The notes: generated by a model from the sequence alone, not told the origin. Shown: positions 1-10,865, counted from the stretch's first letter. The stretch: DNA of 64,000 nt from Candidatus Limnocylindrales bacterium (GCA_035526025.1 DATLDE010000005.1:125690-189689), one strand, 5' to 3'. Numbers and translations are program-made.

Positions 1-113
1 AGATATATGCAACTATTCTTACTATCCAATCAAGAAAAAAATCCAGGGGATTAGTTATTACATTGTGTCCTTTTTCAAGTCCTCGTTTTAACTTGTGAAC
101 GTGCTTTAGCATG

Positions 114-2279
114 CTAGTTGCTCTTGCTCATGCCAATGAGTGAGTCCTCATGAGGCAAAGATAGTATATCTACCCGCATATGTTCATTTTGTCTGTAAAG
201 AACTATTTCACCTATTTCAAGTTCACCAAGCTGTCTCTTTTCCTCATCAGTCATAGGAAATACATTTTCCATAAGAGGAATTGTCGCGTATGATTGTTTG
301 AGTAGAATTTTAGTTTCTGAATTGGTAATAATTGCTTTGCCCAAATCATTATCTAAAAAGTCTTGGATGTCCTGCGTGATTGAAACTACCCCCATATTCC
401 GCTTCCTGGCCTGCTTAACAAGTTTTCTGTAGAAAACAGCAACATCAGTATCAACCAATAAATTATGCGCCTCATCAATAAAAAGCATTTTTTTTCTTGT
501 TGTAATCTGATTTGAAAGATTCCATATGAGAGATGATAATAAATACATTGCTGGTCCTTTCTCTTCCGTTTCTCCAAGTGAAGAAAGGTTAAAAACAATC
601 AAATCATTGTCGAGTGCTATTTCACGCTCTGAATTAAACACTCCTTGTAAGCTTCCCTTATCAAGTACCGCCAAATCGTCATACATTTTTGTTTTTTTCA
701 ACATTTTCAGAAATTTTTTAAAGTTTGGTTTAACTTTTGGAAATTTGTCATAAATGGAAACAAGCACCTTATCAAGTACCGCTCCATCATAGCGTTGAGG
801 TCTGATAAAGAATTTGAAGAATGTTTTTAAGACACTTATATGGTCAAGAATGTCGTTAGGATCCGAGGATGCAATTGAGAAAGGATTAATTCCATTTTTT
901 CTTGAGAAATCAACCACTTCTCCACCCATTTCTTTTGCAAAGTTTAAGTATTCTCCTTCAGGATCAATGATAATAATTTGGGTATTACGCATATATAGCC
1001 GTGTTGCTAGAAGTTTTGCGGTAACAGACTTACCCATACCGGATTGTCCGAAGATATTTATATTGCTGTTATTAATACTTCTTTCATCAATTGTAAATGG
1101 ATTCACAAATACCAAGCTATTATGATAACGATTTACACCAAGCAGTATGCCTTTTGGGTCATGAATTTGCTTTGCGACAAATGGTGTAAGATATGCAACG
1201 GCAGAAGATTGTAATATCCTGTTTTGCTGTAAACGATCTTCATTAAAAGGGAGTGTTGCCTCAAATGCTTTCTTCTGTCCGTAAATATATTTAGTCAGCG
1301 TTAACTCCAAACCATCTGTAAAATTTTTGAGTTCCTTATGAAGCAGTTTTAGCTCATCTTGATTTTTTGCTTCAAGAGACAAGTAAAAAGAATAAACAAA
1401 CCCTTTTTCATATTCATTGACCAATTCATAAATAAATTGGCTTATTTCCTCAATACTTTTTTCGACCTGTTGATCTTTGAGTTTTCCTTTTTGAACTCTT
1501 TCTGCTTGTTTTAGCTCTAGAACAGATAACCGCTCTTTTGCTTTTTTGATGAGCTCCTGGCTGTTTGAGGGTTCAATAAACATGCTTATTGTAAATGGCA
1601 AGTGGGAAGTTGCGAGTTTAAACAAAATATCATCTGTTAAGAAAGCCGGAACATCTGTTAGATAATATGTTGCAATCAATTTCTCATCTATATTAATATG
1701 AGAACTCTTTGTATTAGTATTTTCAGGTTTGTAATGCTTTGAACCATCAGATGAGATCTTAATTCCATCTTTTTCTTTTCCGATGGTTAAATTCATCTCT
1801 GAGTGTTTAGCTCTATTTATAGCATCTTTGTATTCATTCTTCTCAAACCTGTAGAGCCTGATATTCTTTGCAAATGCTCTTGGTTTTATAGACCAGAGAA
1901 GTTTAGGTTTATTTAATCCGGTAAGTGGATTGTTAATCGATTCATTAACAGCTTGCTCTCTATATTTTTCAAGTAATGCCTCCAAACGCTTAACTTCATT
2001 CTGAAAAATTGCCAGTGCTTTCTTTTCTGCTCCGGCAAGAGATAAGTTTTTCAGATTTTTTAACTCCTCGAGTCCACTATAAATTTCCTGATTATGCTCA
2101 GTTAGTGTTTTGATCTTTTTTAGTTTTCTATTTTCATATCCTACTTCTTCCCGCAACTTTTCAAGTTTTCGGATCTTCTCTTTATTTTTCGTCTTAAGAG
2201 CTGCGTTTATATGAATTGATTCATCAAACTTTATCAAATTCTTTTTTAATTTTACAAACAATGTATCTTTTTTTCTCAT
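114..2279 (-). CDS. virB4: VirB4-family conjugative T4SS ATPase
   Basis: Walker A GQSGMGKS, IIIDPEGEY, Walker B LFIDEAH, ARKRNMGVVSITQ; last gene of an overlapping T4SS operon. Confidence 0.9.
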   Translation of the reverse strand: MRKKDTLFVKLKKNLIKFDESIHINAALKTKNKEKIRKLEKLREEVGYENRKLKKIKTLTEHNQEIYSGLEELKNLKNLSLAGAEKKALAIFQNEVKRLEALLEKYREQAVNESINNPLTGLNKPKLLWSIKPRAFAKNIRLYRFEKNEYKDAINRAKHSEMNLTIGKEKDGIKISSDGSKHYKPENTNTKSSHINIDEKLIATYYLTDVPAFLTDDILFKLATSHLPFTISMFIEPSNSQELIKKAKERLSVLELKQAERVQKGKLKDQQVEKSIEEISQFIYELVNEYEKGFVYSFYLSLEAKNQDELKLLHKELKNFTDGLELTLTKYIYGQKKAFEATLPFNEDRLQQNRILQSSAVAYLTPFVAKQIHDPKGILLGVNRYHNSLVFVNPFTIDERSINNSNINIFGQSGMGKSVTAKLLATRLYMRNTQIIIIDPEGEYLNFAKEMGGEVVDFSRKNGINPFSIASSDPNDILDHISVLKTFFKFFIRPQRYDGAVLDKVLVSIYDKFPKVKPNFKKFLKMLKKTKMYDDLAVLDKGSLQGVFNSEREIALDNDLIVFNLSSLGETEEKGPAMYLLSSLIWNLSNQITTRKKMLFIDEAHNLLVDTDVAVFYRKLVKQARKRNMGVVSITQDIQDFLDNDLGKAIITNSETKILLKQSYATIPLMENVFPMTDEEKRQLGELEIGEIVLYRQNEHMRVDILSLPHEDSLIGMSKSN

Positions 2280-3094
2280 AAGTTATTCCTAAATTGGTTT
2301 TGAAAATAGGCAACCAGCTGCTTATTATTTAATTGAAGGGTCTGTATCCTTTCAAGTGCCAGTCCGCTACTAAATCTTCTCTCCATATCTTCCAGTTTTT
2401 GGGCAGCTTCTATAAATCCCTTATCACCCTGTCCTAAAAGAGGAGTTGAGAATACTGCGTAATACTTCATGATTTGGAAGTCGTTTGTTTCAATGAGATT
2501 TGATAAGTCTTTAATGTAACTTTCAATCAGCCAGTTTACTTTTTCATTGGCTGTTTCATAAAGCGAGTAAAAATGCTCATGATAATCATCAACTGTTGCT
2601 GTCTCTTTTCTTGAAATCAACTGCACTCTCATTGGAAGTGTATGTAAAACCGTTTTGATATGATTGTAGTACCGTTCGCGCTCATCATTATTTAATAGCG
2701 CGATATCAAATGGTCTAATTTCATAAATTGCGATTAGTTTTTTCTTTCTATAAATATAGTTGCCGGTAATTTTAAAGTCACCTGTAGTCTTCCCCAATTC
2801 GTTAGTTGTAAATTGCTTTTTTGAAAAGCTAAAAGATACTGCACGTGGGACAATCTTATACAAAGGCTGATGATCTATTTTAAGAGTTGCAACCAATGCA
2901 TAAAATAGTTCAAGTAAAAATATAGTTGAGACAATAATCCCGGGCTGGTTGATTTTCAAAACCAATCTATAAAAAAGTAATACAGAAACGGCGATTGTTA
3001 TTCCCAACATCAGAAACACCACAGTGTCTGTAAAAAACATTGTTCTGAAGATGTGTTCTCGTAAATTGTCTTTATATACTCTAACTGTTCTCAT
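2276..3094 (-). CDS. PrgI/VirB3-like membrane protein of the conjugation operon
   Basis: Two N-terminal TM helices and a soluble domain; 4-nt overlaps with the VirB6-like gene and virB4. Confidence 0.6.
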   Translation of the reverse strand: MRTVRVYKDNLREHIFRTMFFTDTVVFLMLGITIAVSVLLFYRLVLKINQPGIIVSTIFLLELFYALVATLKIDHQPLYKIVPRAVSFSFSKKQFTTNELGKTTGDFKITGNYIYRKKKLIAIYEIRPFDIALLNNDERERYYNHIKTVLHTLPMRVQLISRKETATVDDYHEHFYSLYETANEKVNWLIESYIKDLSNLIETNDFQIMKYYAVFSTPLLGQGDKGFIEAAQKLEDMERRFSSGLALERIQTLQLNNKQLVAYFQNQFRNNL

Positions 3095-4614
3095 AATGTG
3101 TTGTTATCGCTGGATTTATTTTGAACCTTGCTCTCTGGTCGAATAAAAGTTTTAAACTGTGGTCTGAATTCGGTTTTTGCAGCAGGGACATCCTCTTTTG
3201 ATCTTTTACTACGTGTAAAATTTGTGGCATAACTTTTGCGATTTAAGGTATCAAAAGTTGATTCCTTATTTTGTAATTTGTCAGTTTTATATTTCTGAGT
3301 ACTGGAAATAATGGGTTTTGCTGAGTCATTATTCATTTCCTGTTTTCTGCGTTTACTTTTCGCTCGTAGCTCGTCCAGAGTGAATTTTTTTGAATAATAG
3401 GGTGGATTATCATCTAATGTCTTTGCACCTTTCCTAGAGTGGTTTTGTGACTCTTCTGATCCTTTCGTACCATTTGAATAATGATCCTTAGCATCTTTAT
3501 CATTTTGCTTTACTTTTGATTGTGTTAATCCAATTTTTCGCCCAATAAATGAACCTGCATAACTCCTAACTCCTACTGATCGCCCTGTAAATGCGCCTCT
3601 TTTTACTTCATTGGTAGTGCCGGTAATTGCACGATTTCCAATCATGCTTTGCGCATTTGAGCTAACCAGTGACCATCCGTCTCCAAAAATTCTGCCGACA
3701 AAAATATTAACCCCACCTAAGAATATGAGAGAAGCAGAAAACAAAAATAGTGTTCCAATTGATCCACCGTTTGAAGAAAGGATGCTTCCCATGATAGTTG
3801 AAACGATTGCAAATCCAAGCACAAAAGCCGGTTGTTGAATAAGAAAAGTAAACCATGTTTTAAAATATGTATTGGTAATGTTTTCAGTCCGTTCGGATAG
3901 GGCAAAGGGCAAAACAAGAGGAAATATTACACTTAGAAAAAGTAGGGCAATAAAACGTATCATTGCCTGGAATACTACATACAGAAAGCCAATCATGAAA
4001 AACCCTACCGCAATAACCAATACGATAAGTTGCAAAATAGTATTTTGATTAAAGAATGATAAGGGGCTAGCGTTAAATCTTATTAAATTCCGGAAATTAT
4101 CACTGTCTACATAATTTAATACGAACGTTGCTAAGTTGTACGCGTTTTTATCGATAATTTTTTCATTGAGTAGGTTAATAAATTGAATACTATACGTTAG
4201 AATGCCAGGAGTAATAATAAAGAGCACTACTACAAAAACTAATCTTTTTAAAAAGTTTTTTAATTGCAAAGTATTATCATTTGTTATATGAGACAGGGCA
4301 ATATAAGAAATAATGAGCACAAATATAGGTATGGCAATATCAGAAAAGATTGTCCTGTATTGGCCAAGACCAGATAATTCCGTGCCATCTTTTAAATTAA
4401 TAGAGCTGTCAAGAAGGGAGGGCGTATTAAAAATAAGACCACTTGAGATCCAGTCAAAACCTGAAAAGAAATTATTTAAGACACTTGATCCGGCAGCTTG
4501 CTGCTCAGCTGTGATTTCTTGTGGAGGTGTAGGTGAGATTGTTTGAGCGTTGACTTGATTATTTAAAAAAAGAAATAAATAGAGGACTAATAGGAAGCAA
4601 CTTAGTTGTTTCAT
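3091..4614 (-). CDS. VirB6/TrbL-like polytopic membrane protein with charged C-terminal tail
   Basis: About 6-7 TM segments, RFIALLFLSVIFPLVLPFA...YFKTW pattern, position between pilin and virB4. Confidence 0.7.
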   Translation of the reverse strand: MKQLSCFLLVLYLFLFLNNQVNAQTISPTPPQEITAEQQAAGSSVLNNFFSGFDWISSGLIFNTPSLLDSSINLKDGTELSGLGQYRTIFSDIAIPIFVLIISYIALSHITNDNTLQLKNFLKRLVFVVVLFIITPGILTYSIQFINLLNEKIIDKNAYNLATFVLNYVDSDNFRNLIRFNASPLSFFNQNTILQLIVLVIAVGFFMIGFLYVVFQAMIRFIALLFLSVIFPLVLPFALSERTENITNTYFKTWFTFLIQQPAFVLGFAIVSTIMGSILSSNGGSIGTLFLFSASLIFLGGVNIFVGRIFGDGWSLVSSNAQSMIGNRAITGTTNEVKRGAFTGRSVGVRSYAGSFIGRKIGLTQSKVKQNDKDAKDHYSNGTKGSEESQNHSRKGAKTLDDNPPYYSKKFTLDELRAKSKRRKQEMNNDSAKPIISSTQKYKTDKLQNKESTFDTLNRKSYATNFTRSKRSKEDVPAAKTEFRPQFKTFIRPESKVQNKSSDNNTL

Positions 4615-4642
4615 TGGATATTATATTTTATAGACGAATCGA

Positions 4643-4900
4643 TCAATTGCCCCCAAGAAAAGTCTTTAGTACATTTGCAATAGTTGTTGATCCAAAAACT
4701 AGTAAACCACCAATTAGGATATTGAATATCCAGTGCTTAAGCCTTGCTTTTCTATCAATATCATCGCCACTTCCAACTAGGGCTATACCAATACCAGCAA
4801 TTGATAAAGCCATAACAGGTAAGGAATAGAATTGGAGTGTGGCAACTAAGCCCCAAAGGAGTAGATCTAAATTCGCAAATTGTATAGGTGTACCTTGCAT
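4643..4900 (-). CDS. VirB2/TrbC-like pilin
   Basis: 85 aa; two hydrophobic helices separated by GSGDDIDRKARLK; heads the T4SS operon. Confidence 0.7.
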   Translation of the reverse strand: MQGTPIQFANLDLLLWGLVATLQFYSLPVMALSIAGIGIALVGSGDDIDRKARLKHWIFNILIGGLLVFGSTTIANVLKTFLGGN

Positions 4901-5042
4901 ATACGAAAAAAGCCCATTTATTGCTGTTGCAATAAAGGGCAGTGTCTAAGTTGAGTGAGTATAGTAGTAATTTTTACGAATGTCAATAATTAAAAACAGC
5001 TTATCCGCAATTGTCTAATTAAAATTATGATGGATGAGCGAA

Positions 5043-5678
5043 CTAACGCACGAAGATTTTTTGAATATAGGTGTAAGCTCCATTAACCCAAGTTTTAACT
5101 GATTTGGTAACGTAAGCTTGCTTAAAAGGATAATATTTGTTTATATACTTTGATTTATTTGCCCCGGTTTTGACAGCTAGTGTACTGCTCCATGGACCTG
5201 CCATGCAGCCATTACCCGCTCTTACTTTGAATGTATATCTGGTATTAGGTTTGAGTTTGTAGACATCATATTTGAGAGCGCCTGTTGTTTGGGAAAGCGC
5301 AAATGAAGCGCCATACCCCTCGTCTTTTGTTCCATCACCAAATGAGACATAATAGTTGGTGTAAGGATGTTGGGATGGCGCAAAGTAGAGAATTGCATTG
5401 GTACCGACAGTATTTATTTGAAAAAGATTAGGTGCCGAACCCGGTGCCTGAGCTGAACAACCGGGAGTGCCCGTCGTGCTGCCCTGAGTGCTAGAATTTG
5501 AATTGGAGCTTGATCCTGATGAATTTGAAGGAACGCATTGCCCATTGAAAAGGTATGAACCATATCCGCATGATCCATAAGGTGCCGCAAGAGTAGAATC
5601 TGGAAAACCAAGTGTAAAAAGTACCCCTACTAAAATAAATAATTTCCCCATTGAAAAAAGTCTATTTAAGAGCTGCAT
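5043..5678 (-). CDS. Secreted fibronectin type III domain protein with N-terminal YGxxxYG motif and Ser-rich linker
   Basis: Sec-type signal ending TLAA; FN3 signature LKPNTRYTFKVRAGNGC..GPWS. Confidence 0.75.
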   Translation of the reverse strand: MQLLNRLFSMGKLFILVGVLFTLGFPDSTLAAPYGSCGYGSYLFNGQCVPSNSSGSSSNSNSSTQGSTTGTPGCSAQAPGSAPNLFQINTVGTNAILYFAPSQHPYTNYYVSFGDGTKDEGYGASFALSQTTGALKYDVYKLKPNTRYTFKVRAGNGCMAGPWSSTLAVKTGANKSKYINKYYPFKQAYVTKSVKTWVNGAYTYIQKIFVR

Positions 5679-5738
5679 ATAATTCAGTCTATATATAAAT
5701 TGTTATGAATGTCAATGAAACACAAACAAATTATTTTT

Positions 5739-6653
5739 TTAATTTGGGAAAACATAAAATGGCGTTGTCGGGGTAGGAGTGATGGTATTGCCGTCCTCAT
5801 CTGATGAAGCGGTAGGCTGGGCGCTGGCTCTGACTGCTACATCAAAACTTGCAAATACCTTGGCGGAGGGAAGCGTGGAAAAGGGAAGTGATTGCCCTGG
5901 CTGCATTGGTGTTGCGCCCTCAACCACTTTTGCTTCTTGAACATCAACCACAGAGCGGGTGCTGTCAAAAAAGGTGACAAGAGCCGTCACCCCGTAAGCG
6001 TTGCTTGGTCCTGAGTTAGTGAGCGTTCCCGTCACTTTTCTTTGTGCGCCAATCGTAGCTACCTTTTGCTCTGTTACTTTTATCATACTTTGTACATCCT
6101 GAAGTTTGTTTACTCTGTTCATCACTTCATTTTTGAGTCCAGCTACTTTTTGATCTCCAAGTACTTTATCCCTTTCTAATTGTTGCTGATATGCCAATTC
6201 CTCCACAGGACTTCTCCTTCTTTCTATCGGAAATATCATGCTTGATTCCTTACCGCGGTATGAAGAAAAGAATTTCAAAACGCTTTTGCCGACCGGTACA
6301 TTAACCATTGCCGTAAATTCTCCATTTCCGTTCTGGGCGATTTCTGCTTTGTTGCTAACTCTTAGTTTGGCATCCGAAGGCCACACTTTTCCCCTGACAT
6401 AGACTTGTTGGTCTGTAATAAGGTTTTTCTCAATAGGAGTTGTGATAGTTATGACCGGTGCTTTTACGACTTCACGTTTTCCAAAAAGCAGCAATAGCGT
6501 AGGTATTACAATGAGCGCTATCAATACTGGCTTCATTTGCACAGAAGTCTTTACATGCCAGAAAGCTTTGCGGAATGTTTTAGTGGTTTTTTTGAGTAGT
6601 TTTGTTTTTTGTGATTCCATAAAGTCCTCCTTAATACATATAATCACAAACAA
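5739..6653 (-). CDS. Membrane-anchored protein with Ig-like and FxLYD-like domains
   Basis: Single TM; Ig-like PVITITTP...NGEF segment; C-terminal VTGTLTNSG...VTFFD. Confidence 0.55.
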   Translation of the reverse strand: MFVIICIKEDFMESQKTKLLKKTTKTFRKAFWHVKTSVQMKPVLIALIVIPTLLLLFGKREVVKAPVITITTPIEKNLITDQQVYVRGKVWPSDAKLRVSNKAEIAQNGNGEFTAMVNVPVGKSVLKFFSSYRGKESSMIFPIERRRSPVEELAYQQQLERDKVLGDQKVAGLKNEVMNRVNKLQDVQSMIKVTEQKVATIGAQRKVTGTLTNSGPSNAYGVTALVTFFDSTRSVVDVQEAKVVEGATPMQPGQSLPFSTLPSAKVFASFDVAVRASAQPTASSDEDGNTITPTPTTPFYVFPN

Positions 6654-6732
6654 GCATTAATTCCAAGTGCCATATTTTAGAAACTATTTAATAATCTTGT
6701 ATTCCGGAATCTAATTAATCTATTTTGTTTTC

Positions 6733-6851
6733 CTTGACTTTGCTTAAATCATTATATGATAATGATATTAACAATGAAATTTATCAGATACTCTCTCTCT
6801 CTGAGGAATGCCTCTTCTGTCAATCTCCACTCCGAAAGGAGCACATCCTAA
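6733..6851 (+). promoter_or_regulatory. Conserved promoter/5' leader block, copy 1 (TTGACT, (CT)6, GAAAGGAG SD)
   Basis: Close copies at 9559-9666 and 11104-11228. Confidence 0.75.
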
Positions 6852-9143
6852 ATGCCTAGGCTCCCAATTCCAGGTTCAGATGATGGTACATGGGGTGATA
6901 TCCTCAATGATTTCCTCACTCAGGAACACAATGCAGACGGTACCCAGAAGGCAATTCCACAGTCGAAGGTTACAAATCTTGTTAGTGACCTGGCTGGCAA
7001 GCAGGCGACAATTCCGGCAGGGACATACGTTGACACTACGACGGCGCAGAACGTCGCCGGTAAAAAGACGCTCGCCGACGATTCCATCTTCGCCTCGGGT
7101 CGACCGTGGGTAGACATTGAGGCGAAAGGAGCGGTAGTCGGAGCGGCCGACAATGGTCCAGCAATCAACTCGGCCATCTCTACTATGGCTGCGCTCGGCG
7201 GCGGCGACGTACGAATCTTCAAGTCGTACAACTTCTCAACGCCCATCGTAGGAGCCAGCGGTGTTCGTCTACTGGGCACGACCTTTCCTACCGGTGGAGC
7301 GGGCCTACCTGCCCGGTTGATCTACACGGGCTCCGGGTCAACGACAGCTATCCAGGCCGCAGGCGTCAACGGCTTCCAGTTGGAGAACCTGGCCGTGCTG
7401 TATTCCAGCAACACCTTCACGGGCGTGGTGCTCGACATGAGCCGGGTCGCGGTCGGCTGCGGCGGCAAGAACGTCTACATCGGCGCTGCCGGGCAGGCCA
7501 CGAAAACCGCTTCGGCTTGTCTGCAACTAGACCAGGCAACTACGGCGAAGTTCGAGCGGTGGTCGTTTCAGGATGCCGATCACTGCATTACCGGCAAGGC
7601 GTCCACGACCGTCGCCGCTGGCTCGAACGGGGCTGTCCTCCCGCAGGCGACGATCAATGTCGTGTCTACGGCCCGGTTCTCCTCATCGGGGACGTTTGTC
7701 ATTGGCAACAGCACGATTGCATACACCGGCACAACAGCTACATCGTTTACAGGCTGTACGGGTGGGTCGGGCACCTTGGCGACCGGGAACTTAGTCGTCA
7801 CGTATGCCAACAACATCCAGTTCGATACCTGCCACTTCATCAACGCCAACATCTCCCACGTCCACAACAGCGGCCAGGGCTGGTCCTTCATCAACTCAAC
7901 CGTCGAATACATCGTCGGAGGCGCTGCCGGTTTCTATACACACGACCCAGGCAACCGAGCCCAAGGGTTCTCGGTCCTCGGCGGCTGGTGGGGAGATGTG
8001 ACTAACGGCGGCACCCAAATAGTCTGGTCGGGAGATGGCCTGACAATTGGCGGCGGTCTCTTTCTCGGGATTGGCAACAACGCTACGGCAATACAGATTG
8101 ACGAGAACAGTTGTAACGGCTTCGACGTGTCACCCGGATGCCTAATATACGGTTTGGGCACCTGCAAAGGAATAGATTTCGGGGTCACGTCTGGACATGC
8201 CGATGTCCGCATCGCTCCGGGATGGTTTCAGGTATCAACCAAGATCGCCGGTAATGTCCCGCTCGGAGGAATAGTAGATGTTGGAACGGGACCGCAGCTC
8301 TACGGCGCGAGTTTCCTGATTGGCGGACCGCCGAACCTGATGACGGCGGACCAGGCATCATTCGAAGGCGGCATCGCTGACTGGGTACCGTTTGATGTCA
8401 CCAAGAACACGGTGGCCCGCTCGACTGCGTGGTCCGCCGACGGTGTGGCGTCTCTTTTGAGCACCACTACCGTCGCCGGTCCCCAGGATGTCCGGGTGAA
8501 CACGGCGGTAAAGGGCGTTCCTGTCTTGCCTAACACCACGTACACCGTGGTGGCAACCATGCACTCGGCTAACGCTCGCACCGTAGACCTAATCTTAACG
8601 ACATGTGACGCCTCGGGCAGCCAGGTTGGCAGCGTCCAGGTCGTCGGTAACCCGACGTTCTCAACAACGACGGCGGTTAAGACCGCCACCATCACCACCA
8701 ATGCCATAGCGGCCTATTTGCAGGTACAACCCCGTTGGTACGCTACAACAAGCGCCGATACCGGCAACGCCGTGGACAAGTTAGGTGTGTTCCTGGGGTC
8801 ATCAGTGCCCACATGGGTCCTGCCCGGCTCCAGCACGTCAATCAACGGGGCCGACATTACGACACGCTCCCTCCACGGTCCGGCCACGCTTCCACTGCTG
8901 ATCAACCCGATCGGGTCCGGCACTGGCGGAACGGTGTTTGGGGACGGCGCCGGGAACGTTCAGGCGACCATTCTGAACGGTATCCAGGTGCAGACCGGCT
9001 CTCGTCTCTTTTCCGGTGCGGGAGCGCCGAACGTGCCGGGGTCAGTTGCCGGGGACTTCTACCTGAGAACCGACACGCCGTCGACATCACTCCAACGGAT
9101 CTACGTCGCTACAGCGGCCAACACATGGACTGGCATCCTGTAA
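6852..9143 (+). CDS. Chimeric tailspike/adhesin-like protein: conserved ~59-aa leader, GC-rich beta-helix (pectate-lyase-like) region, CBM-like domain
   Basis: VDIEAKGAVVGAADNGPAINSAI beta-helix cap; SFEGGIADW...VLPNTTYT CBM4-like segment; C-terminal GAPNVPGSVAGDFYLRTD phage-tail-like motif; abrupt GC rise near 7030. Confidence 0.7.
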   Translation: MPRLPIPGSDDGTWGDILNDFLTQEHNADGTQKAIPQSKVTNLVSDLAGKQATIPAGTYVDTTTAQNVAGKKTLADDSIFASGRPWVDIEAKGAVVGAADNGPAINSAISTMAALGGGDVRIFKSYNFSTPIVGASGVRLLGTTFPTGGAGLPARLIYTGSGSTTAIQAAGVNGFQLENLAVLYSSNTFTGVVLDMSRVAVGCGGKNVYIGAAGQATKTASACLQLDQATTAKFERWSFQDADHCITGKASTTVAAGSNGAVLPQATINVVSTARFSSSGTFVIGNSTIAYTGTTATSFTGCTGGSGTLATGNLVVTYANNIQFDTCHFINANISHVHNSGQGWSFINSTVEYIVGGAAGFYTHDPGNRAQGFSVLGGWWGDVTNGGTQIVWSGDGLTIGGGLFLGIGNNATAIQIDENSCNGFDVSPGCLIYGLGTCKGIDFGVTSGHADVRIAPGWFQVSTKIAGNVPLGGIVDVGTGPQLYGASFLIGGPPNLMTADQASFEGGIADWVPFDVTKNTVARSTAWSADGVASLLSTTTVAGPQDVRVNTAVKGVPVLPNTTYTVVATMHSANARTVDLILTTCDASGSQVGSVQVVGNPTFSTTTAVKTATITTNAIAAYLQVQPRWYATTSADTGNAVDKLGVFLGSSVPTWVLPGSSTSINGADITTRSLHGPATLPLLINPIGSGTGGTVFGDGAGNVQATILNGIQVQTGSRLFSGAGAPNVPGSVAGDFYLRTDTPSTSLQRIYVATAANTWTGIL

Positions 9144-9254
9144 CTATCGCCCGCCACCTCACCTAGACGGTAAAGTTATTATTTAATAGTAAATTAAACA
9201 AATTTCAGTCTCTAGCTTGACTACCTCATCTAGTTCTGAAAAGGTGATTAAAGT

Positions 9255-9422
9255 ATGAAAGAGCAATATGGTTTCTTGATTGATCTATCTGGTATTCAGT
9301 TTAATGAAGATGCGCCAACGTGGATTCAGGCATTTCCGGTGCATTGCCCGCCACGTTTAGTTCAACGGTTGCAGTTGCCTCCCACGCACATCGTATATTT
9401 ATACGAGCAGCTTGATATATAA
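9255..9422 (+). pseudogene. Short ORF whose first ~29 aa resemble the N-terminus of a phage prohead protease
   Basis: AAGGTGA SD; MKEQYGFLIDLSGIQFNEDAPTWIQAFPV, then the resemblance stops; resemblance from memory only. Confidence 0.35.
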
Positions 9423-9468
9423 ATTAAAAGTCTTGCATACAGGCTTTATAGTATGTCTTAATTAACCT

Positions 9469-9546
9469 ATGGCAAAATTACTAGTTTCGGGCTCAGATAA
9501 CTGGACTTTGGGAAAAGTAAATCTTGCTACATCTGTTCGGACGTAA
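9469..9546 (+). pseudogene. Degenerate empty leader copy MAKLLVSGSDNWTLG
   Basis: Aligns to MPRLPVPGSDDGTWG; upstream TTAATTAACCT-ATG resembles TTAATTAGTCT-ATG at 13371. Confidence 0.6.
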
Positions 9547-9558
9547 GATGTCTATCCG

Positions 9559-9723
9559 CTTGACTTCCTTTAGATATTTATACAATAATGATATTGACAT
9601 GAATAATTCTCTCTCTTTGAGAATTCCTCTATCTCTACTTCTCATCCCGAAAGGAGCACATCCTAAATGGCAAGACTTCCAGTACTAGGTTCAGACGATG
9701 GCACATGGGGTGATATTTACTAA
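9559..9723 (+). pseudogene. Promoter block copy 2 plus truncated leader MARLPVLGSDDGTWGDIY* (9667-9723)
   Basis: Direct nucleotide homology to 6733-6905 and 11104-11282; stops after 18 codons. Confidence 0.85.
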
Positions 9724-9777
9724 ATTCTTCACATTGCTTAGTTGCTAATTCGTGGGATATACTTAATAAAGAATACT

Positions 9778-10602
9778 ATGACTGCCCAACACACACCGCT
9801 TGAGGAAAAGACATTTGGTGAACATCTCTCAGAACTCCGGACCCGTTTGATGGTATCAGTTTTTTGTGTTGGGTTAGGGGCCACAGTTGCTTACTTTTTC
9901 AATAAAGAAATTCTCGCGTTTCTCGTGCGTCCTCTTGGCGGACCGCTGTATTACACTACGCCTGCCGGCGGATTTGATCTAGTATTTAAAATATCACTTT
10001 TTTCAGGGATATTTATCGCGTCCCCCATCCTTGTGTATCAATTCCTTGCTTTTCTGGAACCGGTCATTCCGCAAAGAACATCCTCATCCTTACGGCAATT
10101 TCTCCTGGCGTCATGGGCGCTACTTATCGCAGGTGCAGCAGTTGCATACTACCTTAGTCTTCCGGCAGCATTGAAACTGCTTAATGAATTTAGTTCAGAT
10201 CAGGTAAAAGCAATCATCTCAACTAAAGATTATTTCTCGTTTGTGATATCTTACCTTGGTGGATTTGCGTTCGTTTTCCAGCTTCCTGTTGTTATGCTGC
10301 TTCTGAATAAAATCACACCGCTTCACCCCAAGAAACTTTCACATTACATCAGACATGTTGTGTTGTTGAGTTTTATAATCGCAGCAATACTTACCCCAAC
10401 ACCTGATCCTGTCAATCAGGCAATTATGGCAGCACCCCTTATCGTTCTCTATCTTTTATCAATTTTCTTCATATGGCTGGTCAACGTATCTAAAAGGCCA
10501 AAAGTAGTTAAACAAAAATTTCTTTTTGTGGATGCAGATCATCCGGTTATTTACAAAGAGAAAATTAAGAGGCACCAAAGATATCTAAAAAGGGGATACT
10601 GA
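9778..10602 (+). CDS. tatC: Twin-arginine translocase subunit TatC
   Basis: FGEHLSELRTRL, YQFLAFLEP, FQLPVV, AAILTPTPDPVNQ motifs; six TM helices. Confidence 0.95.
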   Translation: MTAQHTPLEEKTFGEHLSELRTRLMVSVFCVGLGATVAYFFNKEILAFLVRPLGGPLYYTTPAGGFDLVFKISLFSGIFIASPILVYQFLAFLEPVIPQRTSSSLRQFLLASWALLIAGAAVAYYLSLPAALKLLNEFSSDQVKAIISTKDYFSFVISYLGGFAFVFQLPVVMLLLNKITPLHPKKLSHYIRHVVLLSFIIAAILTPTPDPVNQAIMAAPLIVLYLLSIFFIWLVNVSKRPKVVKQKFLFVDADHPVIYKEKIKRHQRYLKRGY

Positions 10603-10685
10603 CCAATAGTTGGGAGCTGATTAGGCAATAATATTATGCTATTGACAAGTACAGCAAAAGTAATCTACGATGAGTATATAATCAT

Positions 10686-10865
10686 ATGTTTGGATTAGGA
10701 ATGCAAGAATTAGTCATTATTTTGGTCATCCTGCTTCTTCTTTTTGGAGGAAAGAAGTTGCCTGAATTATCACGAAGCATTGGACAATCTATAAAAGATA
10801 TTCGCAAAGGCTTTTCAGATGAACCACATGAGAGAAAAAAAGATGATAGCGGGAATAATTCTTAG
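10686..10865 (+). CDS. tatA: Twin-arginine translocase subunit TatA (59 aa, absent from ORF track)
   Basis: Manual translation MFGLGMQELVIILVILLLLFGGKKLPELSRSIGQSIKDIRKGF...; TTGACA at 10641 upstream. Confidence 0.95.
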   Translation: MFGLGMQELVIILVILLLLFGGKKLPELSRSIGQSIKDIRKGFSDEPHERKKDDSGNNS

